DNA of 64,000 bases, taken from positions 111,290,001-111,354,000 of the forward strand of contig NC_042999.1 of assembly GCF_006345805.1 (NCBI RefSeq), in the 5' to 3' direction. The notes below the pieces were generated by a model. The model saw only the letters and a program-made list of their open reading frames with translations, had not been told where the DNA came from and made no database searches. The stretch is from Octopus sinensis. Its lineage: Eukaryota. Below are positions 42,325 through 53,833 of the stretch, piece by piece. The first letter of the stretch is position 1. Each line of letters begins with the position of its first letter. The translations under genes and the position numbers were made by a program.

Positions 42325-44125
42325 ATCCTTTCTTTATTGGCCACAAGGGCCGAACACAAAAAGATATAGGGACAATACAAAACAAAGGACAAACACAACA
42401 AACAAAAGCAGTTAACAAAAAAATCCAACAATAAAATTCCTCAATGAGGGAGAGCTCCGCCCAGGGCCAACCAAGATACCCCATAGACCCTGGTCAGCCC
42501 GACTGCCAAGAACACGCCAGGTAAGCACCCCACTTTCCCTCAACCGCTCCAGCTTAAAGAAGAATAATAACACGAGCCATTTGCGCAACATTGACCCTCC
42601 TTTTCACAAAGTTACAGGGGTGCAGTACTTCCTTCTCTACCCACACTTTGTTTTTCAAGCGGAACTTGAAAAGGTCGAAGAGGGATCGGCCGAAGAGCAA
42701 AGTGTCAGTCTTCATTCCTTTCAGCCTCGTCTACCACACTACCTCTTTCATTATAGCCACCAAATAGAAGAAAATAGCCTTTCCTTCCCGACCAAAAGAA
42801 GGCGGTGGGGGGTCTTCACAATGGACTCGACTGACAAGTAGATCCGTCCTACTTGTGACAACAGTTGTTCAACAAAGCTCCACAAGTCGGTAATGCACGG
42901 ACACTGGACGAGTACTTGCTGCACGGTTTCATAGCCTTGCACACAGCTCGGACAGGTCCGTATGACAGCACTTCCGTGTCTGTAGAGCTTGTCTCGAAAC
43001 AACAGATCTCCCCAGTAGCACTACCAGGCCAGGGATTTCTGGAAGTTATCCATGGGCCCTAGCCCGAAAGTCTTCCGCAAAAGATCAATTAGTTGATCCA
43101 TCACGATGCCCAGAGCTTCTCCGAGTACGTCGTCGCTCATTCCCTCCAATGATCCCCTATAGAACTTCATATTGAAACTTCCACTGACCGCGGTGCCTGA
43201 CTGGCAAAAATATGTGAGCGCTGTGTGACACTTTAGGTGCCAAGCGCCTTTTCTTGGTCTACGCTTGACCCAGGACTGTAGCTCCATCAATGAGACAAGC
43301 TTCTCATAGTCCTCTTTGACGAACCGCGGCCACACCTGCTCATCGTTAAGGAAACACTGGAGATGTCGCTGCCTCAGCGCATATCTGCGCATCATTAGCC
43401 GTGGCATGCCCAGTCCTCCACAGTTGTTGACTGCAGATGGACCGTCTGACGAGCGGAACACATCATTTCCATACGAAGTGGAAGAGCAAGCGTTCTAACT
43501 TCATCAGGTGGAAGAGAGGCAAGGAACGACGGTCAAGTGGTAGTAGATGATGGAAGCGTTGTACGCATTCGGCACCTCCGCCTGAACCTTCAGGGACAGT
43601 TTCCTCACTGCCCATTTCTACGTGAGATTGGCTACTCTGCTCGTCCTCTCCCCCCATTTCTTATGAAGTCTGGACCAAATCAGAGCCCGAGCAATTTAAC
43701 CGGTCCTTCCGCCCAGCGCCCTACAACGAAACTACCGCATCCTAGATTACGCGGGATACCCTTCAAAACATCCAACTTCCGCACTAATGGCTCGAGGGCC
43801 AGCATTTACAGAAGAGGTGAGTGTGGGCATCCTTGAAGGACCGAGCGAGTGATGCTAAACGATTCCGATAAGTGGATATTTAGTTTGATCACTGAACAGA
43901 TGTCGTTGTACATTGCAGCGATTCGGCCTCTGGAAACGGGACCGAAACCTGCGTATTTGAGATCAGCCACTTACTATTGATGGTCGACCCTGTCAAAAGC
44001 TTTTGATTGATCCAAATTGATCAAGGCATGTCAGGGTCCTTACCCAGGCTCTTTACCCTCTCCCCACCCATGTCAGGCTCCTTAACCGCTCTATGATGTA
44101 GTGCATAAAGTAAAGGTTGTCGTAG
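42325..44125 (-). mobile_element. 5'-truncated L1/Tx1-type LINE (ORF2 RT to 3' end), decayed
   Basis: Motifs LINLDQSKAFDRVDH (~43965-44020), SVLQGCPHSPLL, GGLGMP and CPSC..ETVQQVLVQCP zinc finger, then a 3' UTR with aataaa. The YADD segment is deleted at ~43734. Confidence 0.88.
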
Positions 44126-44282
44126 AGGGAAGAAACCCAGTGGCAGGTTCCAGGACTTTGTATCAACAACTTGGAACAAAATGTAAACAGGAAAATCGAC
44201 AACAAACGGGTGTAAACAAAGTATTCTCAAAAGGACGTAATTGGAGCGTTCGAAAATACGTCCGATATATTCTGAAGTAAAT

Positions 44283-44318
44283 ATAATAATAATATTAATA
44301 ATAATAATAATAATAATC

Positions 44319-44355
<37 letters not shown>

Positions 44356-44404
44356 TAATAATAATAATAATATAATAATAATAATAATAATATAATAATA
44401 ATAA

Positions 44405-44435
<31 letters not shown>

Positions 44436-44482
44436 AAGAAGAAGAAGAAGAAGAAGAAGAAGAAGAAGAAGAAGAAGAAGAA
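44283..44482. repeat. (TAA)n running into (GAA)25
   Basis: Uninterrupted GAA from 44408 to 44482. Confidence 0.97.
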
Positions 44483-45857
44483 CTTGTTCCAAGACCCACA
44501 AATTTTGAGGGGATCACCATATTTCCTCGTGAACTGCTTCTTATGTTGAATGTAGTGATATTTGGTCCTATAATGTAAAGGGGCGGAACGAATGATCGTT
44601 TGACCTCTTTGTGTGAGGTTTTATCGATTTTGAATAATAATCAGAAGTGATGTAAGGTATAGGAAAAGAGAAATGTTTGAAATAGAGTCACCACTCAGAT
44701 CAGAACCATTCCAAATGTGGCCATCATCAAATCTTTGTTTTCATGTATATACATATTTATATATGTATGTATGTATATAGGACGACATTATTCGGTATGT
44801 ACTTACCTTCTTTTAAAGACAGCATGGAGTGATTTAAAGGAGATTTGGTTGCTAATACTATCAGTGGAATTGCTACACTGAGGATTCCGTGAGATAAGAT
44901 AGTTAGCTCCTCGGATATAAAACAGAAAATAGTATGAGTATACGATGTGTTGTCATGCAAGAAACAAATCCGACAAATACTTGCACAGAAACACAATTAC
45001 TACCGATGACAACAGGATAGATAATGCAGATGACGATGATAAGAAACTAAAGAAAAGGGAGAGAAATGAAGAGAATGATAGAAATCTGGGTGGAGAAGAA
45101 GTCAAGGAAGCGACAGATAAAAGAGATAATAAAATATCAGTAGATATGACAATGGTTATAAAAATGTTGACGGAGGCAAGGATGGAAATGATGAGAAAAA
45201 CTGACTACGAATGAGCGAATATATTATTTAAAACACACTCACACATTTACACACGCAATCATTAGAACGTCAGATAGAATGCCGCACGGTATTTTTTACA
45301 CTTTACAATCTGAGTTCAAATACGGCCGTTTTGAACATTGTCTTTCATTAATTCACGGTAGATGAAAAAGACAATTCAGTATGGTAGACTGACAGAACAG
45401 AACGGAAGTCGACCCAACTTCCTAGTGGTATTAGTTTCGGCTCTTTGCAGTCTGTTCTGAAATCCCTGTTTAACCTGTTTTGGTAGTAAATTTAATCAGT
45501 CACCCTAGCAACTTGGATTTCTTTAGCGGAGTCAACTCTGTTGAAACCCTTGGTTCAAGTGTCATGGCTTTAGGATACCACCATTCCTTTCCACGAATCT
45601 TGATGGTAATGAGAGTTACCTTTCCACTTTACGAAAGATAAACTCACACATATGTACACATATGTGTGAATGAATATAGATATTTTCGTATAATATATAT
45701 ACAATCACATAAATATACACGCACAAACACACGCACAGAAACACGCACAAAAATACACACTAACATACATATATATGAAGGTAGCTGTTACCGCGTAGTT
45801 TCATCAGCTTTAGTATTTCATAGTTACAAGAGCAAATATTACATACATACATTCAAG

Positions 45858-45934
<77 letters not shown>

Positions 45935-45974
45935 ATGTATGTATATATACATACCGAGGTCGACTTTGCCTTAT

Positions 45975-46200
45975 ATAGTGGAGGAGCGTGACTTAGTGAT
46001 TAGGGGTGTTGGACACATGATCGTAAGATTGTGGTGTTTCTTGAGCAAAACACATCATTTCACGTTGCTCCAGTCCAGTAAGCTAGCAAAATTGAGTAAC
46101 CCTGCGACGGATCGGCGCCCCGTCCAAGTGGGGATAATATACACCACTGAAATCGGGAAGCCTTGCATGCCTCATGAAGGAAACTCATTCATTCATTCCT
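45975..46200 (+). mobile_element. tRNA-derived SINE, second family (CORE-like central domain)
   Basis: cgtgacttagtgattaggg head followed by ttcttgagcaaaacacatcatttcacgttgctccagtcca, shared with 49820-50145. Confidence 0.7.
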
Positions 46201-46261
46201 TCATTCAAATATATATATATATATGAATTAAAATTAAATATGAAATATATAAATGATTTTA

Positions 46262-47050
<789 letters not shown>

Positions 47051-47051
47051 T

Positions 47052-47113
<62 letters not shown>

Positions 47114-47906
47114 GTATACATGCGTATATATACACAACTATACACGCGCACACCCATGAACACGCGCGCGCACACACTTATGTAAATATATATATTAATA
47201 ATCTTAATATATCTGAGTAATAATATATATGAAGTAGTCTAACGGATTACGAATACAATATCCCCTAATTTGAACGTGAAAGAATTTGTTAATAACGGTT
47301 ATTGTTAAAGAGAATTGCTAAAAAGTAGTTGATAAAACATTTTAACAAAATGTCAATGTAAACACTTCTTTTATTGTTAAAATTATGAATATTAGTTATA
47401 AACACATAAACTATTTCAAACTATTATGTAATTAAAACTATTTCTTAAGAAAGATGTCAAGAAAGATTGTTGGAAAATGAATATTTAATAGGAATTAATC
47501 TGTATATGTAATGAAATTTTAATTAGTATTAACAAGTGAATTCTTTCTATTTCGTACGACGTGAAAAGAATCGAATATATATATATATATATGAAACATA
47601 CATAAGGCCAAGGGTCAACTTATATGTATTTCCTATACATGTTATGTTTTCCCGTTTTATATAAAATAGCTTATATTGATACAAAATTTTCATCGTGTAT
47701 TCAAGTCATTATAGATAAATCAATATAATTGGAATTTTTTTGACATGTACTTTAAGAATAAAGTTTTCATAACTAAATGATATTTTAAGGTTTTATAGAC
47801 CTTTATCGTTAAAATTAAAATTTTTGAAATGAAATATTTAGGCGTTTGCTTCCCAAACACATGGTTCCAGTACATTTTTTACATTATTTACATCTTGTTT
47901 GTTGTT

Positions 47907-47953
47907 AACACAAAGTTTCGGCTGATACATCCTCCAGCACTTCATCAGGTGTC
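47907..47953 (-). ncRNA. Degenerate minimal hammerhead motif
   Basis: Minus strand reads gacac CTGATGA agt-gctg..cagc-c GAAA CTTT gtgtt. Stems I and II pair, but stem III would need ACGT and is ACTT. Confidence 0.55.
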
Positions 47954-48018
47954 TTGGAGAAATTTCGAACCTGGGTTCTCATTCCTAAGGAATTTTTCGA
48001 TGTTTATTATTAATATTA

Positions 48019-48056
<38 letters not shown>

Positions 48057-48326
48057 GTTATTATCATTCATGTCACTGCCTGGAATCAATAGCCGAAACT
48101 GACCGGTCAGTTTAAGGAATTCTCGGTTCGATGTTCGCGGCGATTGCAAACCATATCAGAGTATATCTCATGTGCTTTGTAACAGTATTGGAGCATTTTA
48201 GGTCTTATTTCTAGCAATGTAGCTGTTACTTACACCCTTAATCATGTTTAGTTGATGTTGATGATTGTAATTTCCCTTACGGCATAACGTTGCAAACAGC
48301 TGTTTTTTTATTAATTTATATATAAG

Positions 48327-48353
<27 letters not shown>

Positions 48354-48358
<5 letters not shown>

Positions 48359-49356
48359 GTCACTTACCGTTAATAGCGAACATATGTTTCTGGATCGCAA
48401 ACATAGAAATCAGTTTGAATTCCGTCATCGGCGCTATATTCGATAGCTTTACTAAATGCCACTAGCCCTCACTTCTGACCCAGCGACATCAGATAGTGGG
48501 GGGGTTAAAACTAAGTGGCGACTGGGAACGTAAATTTTCCCTCCAAAATTCTGCCATGCGCGCTTTCTGGGTAATCGTAATGGAATGAGGAATCCACATG
48601 GTAATTCAATAAAAATGGTAAATAATTTTCCTGTGGTTTATCATGTAACCAACAATTATTTACCGGTAAATTTCGGTATGTAAATACGACAAATTAATTG
48701 TCAGGACCTTTGTAAGGTTCAGTATATAGTAAAGAAAAAATAAGAAGGTTAACAGCAGCTGTTTCACCTCATACCGAAGGAATTAGAAATGGCAGTCAAA
48801 GACCGTTTTTTCCAATTTCTATAAGTGGAGAATCCAAAAACGAAGGCCCTTACGGCTCACATACACAAAACCGGAGTGGCAAACTCGTTCCCAGTCGCCA
48901 CTTATTTTAACATCTGCTCTCTTCCCCACTATCTGATGTCGCTGGGTCAGAAGTGAGGCTAGTGGCATTTAGTAAAGCTATCGAATATAGCGCCGATGAC
49001 GGAATTCAAACTGATTTCTATGTTTGCGATCCAGAAACATATGTTCGCTATTAACGGTAAGTGACTGAATTCGTATATTTGCCACTCCGGTTTTGTGTAT
49101 GTGAGCCGTAAGGGCCTTCGTTTTTGGATTCTCCACTTATAGAAATTGGAAAAACGGTCTTTGACTGCCATTTCTAATTCCTTCGGTATGAGGTGAAACA
49201 GCCTGCTGTTAACCTTCTTATTTTTTCTTTACTATATACTGAACCTTACAAAGTCCTGACAATTAATTTGTCGTATTTACATACCGAAATTTACCGGTAA
49301 ATAATTGTTGGTTACATGATAAACCACAGGAAAATTATTTACCATTTTTTGAATTA
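48354..49356. mobile_element. Penelope-like or retrozyme-like insert with interleaved inverted repeats (A-x-C-A'-C')
   Basis: A 48354-48530 is the reverse complement of A' 48886-49070, and C 48602-48883 is the reverse complement of C' 49078-49356. (TA)n lies on both sides and there is a hammerhead in A/A'. Confidence 0.85.
48987..49051 (+). ncRNA. Type I hammerhead motif, CCGAUGA core variant (mirror copy on minus strand at 48373-48437)
   Basis: Stem I atagcg/cgctat; CCGATGA 48993-99; stem II gga/tcc plus caaac/gtttg; GAAA 49034-37; stem III ACATATGT palindrome; GUU, predicted cut after 49045. Confidence 0.75.
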
Positions 49357-49390
49357 TATATATATATATATATACACATATATATGTACA

Positions 49391-49483
<93 letters not shown>

Positions 49484-49621
49484 ATATGTATGTATGCATA
49501 TATGTATATATATGTACATACGTCCATATGTATATATGATTTTCAAACTGCAACCACATGTGGATCGTTGGCGATCTTTTTCCTCCGTCTTCCTTTTCTT
49601 TTGGGCTTTCCTCCGTCTCCT

Positions 49622-49656
49622 GTTTCTGACGAAGAGCTTCGCTCGAAACATAACAC
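49622..49656 (+). ncRNA. Degenerate minimal hammerhead motif
   Basis: gttt CTGACGA a-gagc-ttc-gctc GAAA CATA acac. Stem II is perfect; stem III is ACAT, consistent with CpG decay of ACGT; stem I has one mismatch. Confidence 0.55.
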
Positions 49657-49819
49657 CACTTTTCTTTCCTTCCCTGAGCGTCTGCTAATGCTTTGCATGC
49701 ACCACGTCCTCACGTTGTTGTTCTTTTCTTGTGTTTGTTGTTCGTTTTTTTTTTCGGGGGGGATTTACTATATATATGCATATATACATATATATATGGT
49801 GGAGTGTATGTATATACGA

Positions 49820-50428
49820 GAATACGTATCGTTCAGTGATTAGAGCATCGGGTTCACAATCAGGAGGTAGTGAGTTTTATTCTCGGACCAGGTTATGTGT
49901 TGTGTTCTTGATCAAGACACTTTATTTCAGGTTGCTCCAGTTCACTCAGCTGTAGAAATGCGTTGCGATGTCCCAGATGCCAAGCTATATTGGCCTTTGC
50001 TTTTCCCTTGGATAACACGAGTGGCATGGTGACGGGAGGCTGGTATTCATGGGCGACTGCTGGTCGTCAGTAAACAACCTTGCCCAGATTTGTGCTTTGG
50101 AAGGGAACTTTCTAGGCGCAATCCATTGGTTTTTCAAGACCGAAGAGAGCAGAGAGGGCGCATGGCCTAGTGGTTAGATCGCGAGTTCAATTCCCAGACT
50201 GGGTGGTGCGTTTTATTCTTGAGGAAAACATTTCATCTTACGTTACTCTGCGATCACTCCGACACCTGACACGTGGCATACGGTGCACCTTTTCAGACAA
50301 CGTCGATTTGATGAAGGGAGTAAGCTAATGTGCTGCATGAGCACTTGATCACCAGAAACAAATCCTTTGTGCAGGTCTTTCAGCAAAAGCTAAATGCTCA
50401 TACATCGTCTTCGCAGGAGAGTCCACCA
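49820..50428 (+). mobile_element. Two adjacent tRNA-derived CORE-like SINEs
   Basis: Heads at ~49820 and ~50154 (gcgcatggcctagtggttag..gagttcaattccc). Shared ttcttga.caagacactttatttc domain. The tail of the first is shared with 62345-62475. Confidence 0.75.
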
Positions 50429-50509
50429 TATATATATTTATGTATACACACACCCACACACCAACACAACACACACACATATATATTATATATATATACT
50501 ATATATATA

Positions 50510-50555
<46 letters not shown>

Positions 50556-51094
50556 CGTACATACTAAAGAATATGATGCATGTACTATATAAGAAACACC
50601 AGCAAAACGTAACATACAGAAGTGCAAACACACTCATATATATACATATACACACAGCCATATTCATATATCAAACAATAGATATACATATAAACGAAAG
50701 AACAACTACAAAAATATGCTTGCATATTAAGACAAACGCTGCATACACATTCATACTCAACACACCGAAAGGTTTGATCATTTATCCATACATAGACAAT
50801 GAATATATACAGATATGCATGAAAATTTATATATCGTTAAATGCACATGCAGTAAATTATAATGATTTTGATTTATGTCCAGGTTTTTTTTACTTTCTTT
50901 CCTATCTTAATGTGGTGTTATTATTGATGAAGTTTCAAAATATCTCTGACAGTTTAACAGAGAAATTCATTTTTCAAACTCAGGCTTGGAAACAGATAAT
51001 AAAATGCTCTTCTCTCTTAATTCATTCTCCTCTCCACTCTACGTACGTGCGTTCGCACACACCTGTATATATATATATATATATTTATATATAG

Positions 51095-51154
<60 letters not shown>

Positions 51155-51217
51155 TATATATATATATATATATATATAGATATATATATATATATATATA
51201 TGTGTGTGTATATATAT

Positions 51218-51258
<41 letters not shown>

Positions 51259-51314
51259 GTGTATATATATACATACATGTATATATATAACATATTTATA
51301 TATATATATACAAC

Positions 51315-51356
<42 letters not shown>

Positions 51357-51569
51357 GTTGTATATATATATATAAATATGTGTGTGTATGGTGTATGTGC
51401 GTGTTGTTACTGTTGGTGTGTATGTATGTGCATTATATAATGTAAATATAAGTGTATATATGCATGCATATTATATATAGATAGATTTAATAGATATATG
51501 CAAGTGTACGTGAATATGTATGGCATGTATAAGTGTGTATATACCTATATATATTTATATATATATTTC

Positions 51570-52680
51570 GAAGGTTTATTTCAAGATGCTTCATCATCAC
51601 TATATTACTCTCTTTTACCCATGGCAGATAAAATGCTAACGCAAGAAATGAAAATGCTTGCAGCCATTGTTGCCATATGTACGGAATACAGCAATGTATA
51701 AATTTCCAACTGTTAAATGTTGTGAAACCGTTAGCGCACAATATCTGATGGAACTGGGATCCTCTGACGGGAATGTTTCAATTGTATCAGAGAGGGGAAA
51801 AACATTATAAACGTTTGTGCACTGTAATAGTACCACTGCAATTCATAGTTCAAAGCATATCGATGATGATCCAAGAAAATCAATGTCTGCTATTGCCAAA
51901 AAACTTAAAGAATTGCGTTTCGCGAGAACATGCAATATAAGTCATGTGCTAAGGAGAAACCATTTCGATTCTATGAAGACAGTGGAAAATCGTTCGACCG
52001 TGCTAAGTGGTTACTTACGTTTTAAACTCTCACTTATGTGGCATGCTTTTGTGTTCTGATGAGCAAACTTCGACGAAGACCAAAAGTCTAAGAATAGACA
52101 TGACAAATTGTCATTTGCAATCCCTTGAAATATCCCTATAGTAAAGTGTACTAAGTATCCGGAAACTGTAATAATTTTGTGAATGGTTCCAACTCAGATC
52201 TTTCTGCGGCATAGCGCCTTAGGGTAAATTCTGCGGTAAATGTTAAGGTTCAGAATAGTCGTTAAACTCTTGATAAAGGAAGCACGATGTGGAAAGCCAT
52301 ACACGTTTCAACAATAAACCGCACCTTTTCACAAATCTCGTGTAGATTAAAAATGCATATCAGACAATCTTTACGATCATAGAATGCCAAACTTGTGGCA
52401 TCAAAATTCGCCACATATAAATCCTATGGACTACTACGGTTCCGGTGTTGGAAGTTAAAACAATCGACATCCTCATAATCCCATAGTTTCACAGAACGTC
52501 GCCATTTTTCATATGATGTCCAAAATGAACAAGAACCAGTTTGACTAGATTATGCCAACAATTACAATCCTATATTGAAGCACTCATCGAAGCTGAAGTT
52601 AGATTCGTATAAGTGAATGTATTTATTTAAAAACTTATCTTTAAGATCACGGGCCGTAATCTTACGGGTAACAAGTGTTT
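51570..52680 (+). mobile_element. Decayed DD37D (maT-type) mariner
   Basis: Fragments QEMKMLAAIVAI, IDDDPRKSMSAIAKKLK, SDE/NFDEDQK and GKPYTFQQ*TAPFHK..LWHQNSPHINPMDYY. There are 37 residues between the (mutated) second D and the third D. Confidence 0.85.
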
Positions 52681-53157
52681 AAATAAATATATTCACCTCT
52701 CATAACTCCAGAAATTTTATTGTTTTTATACTCCTCATGAAATTATTTCATCGATATAATCTCCTGGATTTCAACTGTATAAAACTCTGCATTACTCCTC
52801 TGTATTGGATTACTATGTGATCTGCTAGCAGGCTCCACTAGACCAGCTTTTGACCAGCTTCTCGTGATAATCGCATATGATTTTACGAATCCATATATAT
52901 ATATCTAAATGAGCGCTGTTAGAGAGAAGTGGAAGATGTTCTTGGATTGTCTTTACACGAATGAAACTAAATCTTGACGTAGGCCGAAAAAGAGAAGCTG
53001 CTCTACTCCGTAAGATAAATGCACCAACAAAATTGGGAGATTTAAACTGTAATGAAGTTTATACAGAACATAATGGTCTGTTCTATTCAGGCCACCAGAA
53101 TGAAAAATTTGGAAATTCAGTGACGTTAATGATGTTGACATGATATACATACATACG

Positions 53158-53208
<51 letters not shown>

Positions 53209-53305
53209 TGTGTGGTGTGTGTGTGTGTGGTGTGTTGGTGTGTGTGTGTGTGTGGTGTGTGTGTGTGGTGTGTGTGTGTGTGTATTGTGTGTGTGTGGGG
53301 GGGCC

Positions 53306-53478
53306 GTTATAGAGTGACCAAAGGTTTTCGCATCCATGGACGGTTTGCCCCACTCTGAAGCCGAAAACAAATATAACTCTTCAATCCCCGTTATATTTTC
53401 TTCGGCTTTACAGTCTGACAAGCCATCCAAAAGGACTAGGCCCTTTATTTGATGCGAAACCATTCGTCACTCTATAAC
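53306..53478. repeat. Long imperfect hairpin, MITE-like
   Basis: gttatagagtgaccaaaggttttcgcatc pairs with gatgcgaaaccattcgtcactctataac. Inner aagccgaa..aatataac pairs with gttatatt..ttcggctt. Confidence 0.7.
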
Positions 53479-53785
53479 TGGTCATAGACTTAACTCTGGT
53501 TATATGTATTACTGCTCTATGCTTTAGAGTGTACTTCTGTATCTCTGTATCGGATATATGATACATGGACAATATATATTTATATATATATATATACAGT
53601 GACTGAGAGAGACAATTACAGAGAGAAAGAGAAAGATATGTATATATATATATACATATACAATACATCCAAATTCACATAGGTTTTCTGTACCTTTATG
53701 TGTGTATGTTGTGTGTTTGTGTGTATAAATAATTAGACATATGTATATATTCATATATTTATATACTTGTCTTTCTGTATTTTTT

Positions 53786-53833
<48 letters not shown>

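Noticed and set aside
35870-44125. ORF1 (36-37 kb) and ORF2 (42-44 kb) as one LINE
   Set aside because: On the minus strand ORF1 would have to lie at higher coordinates than ORF2, and each piece has its own 3' tail.
45781-45812. Minus-strand CTGATGA..GTAACAGCTACC as a decayed hammerhead
   Set aside because: It needs at least three substitutions and has no stem II, so it cannot be supported.
52056-52062. CTGATGA as a hammerhead core
   Set aside because: It is the SDE codons of the DD37D transposase; GAAA is absent and stem I does not pair.
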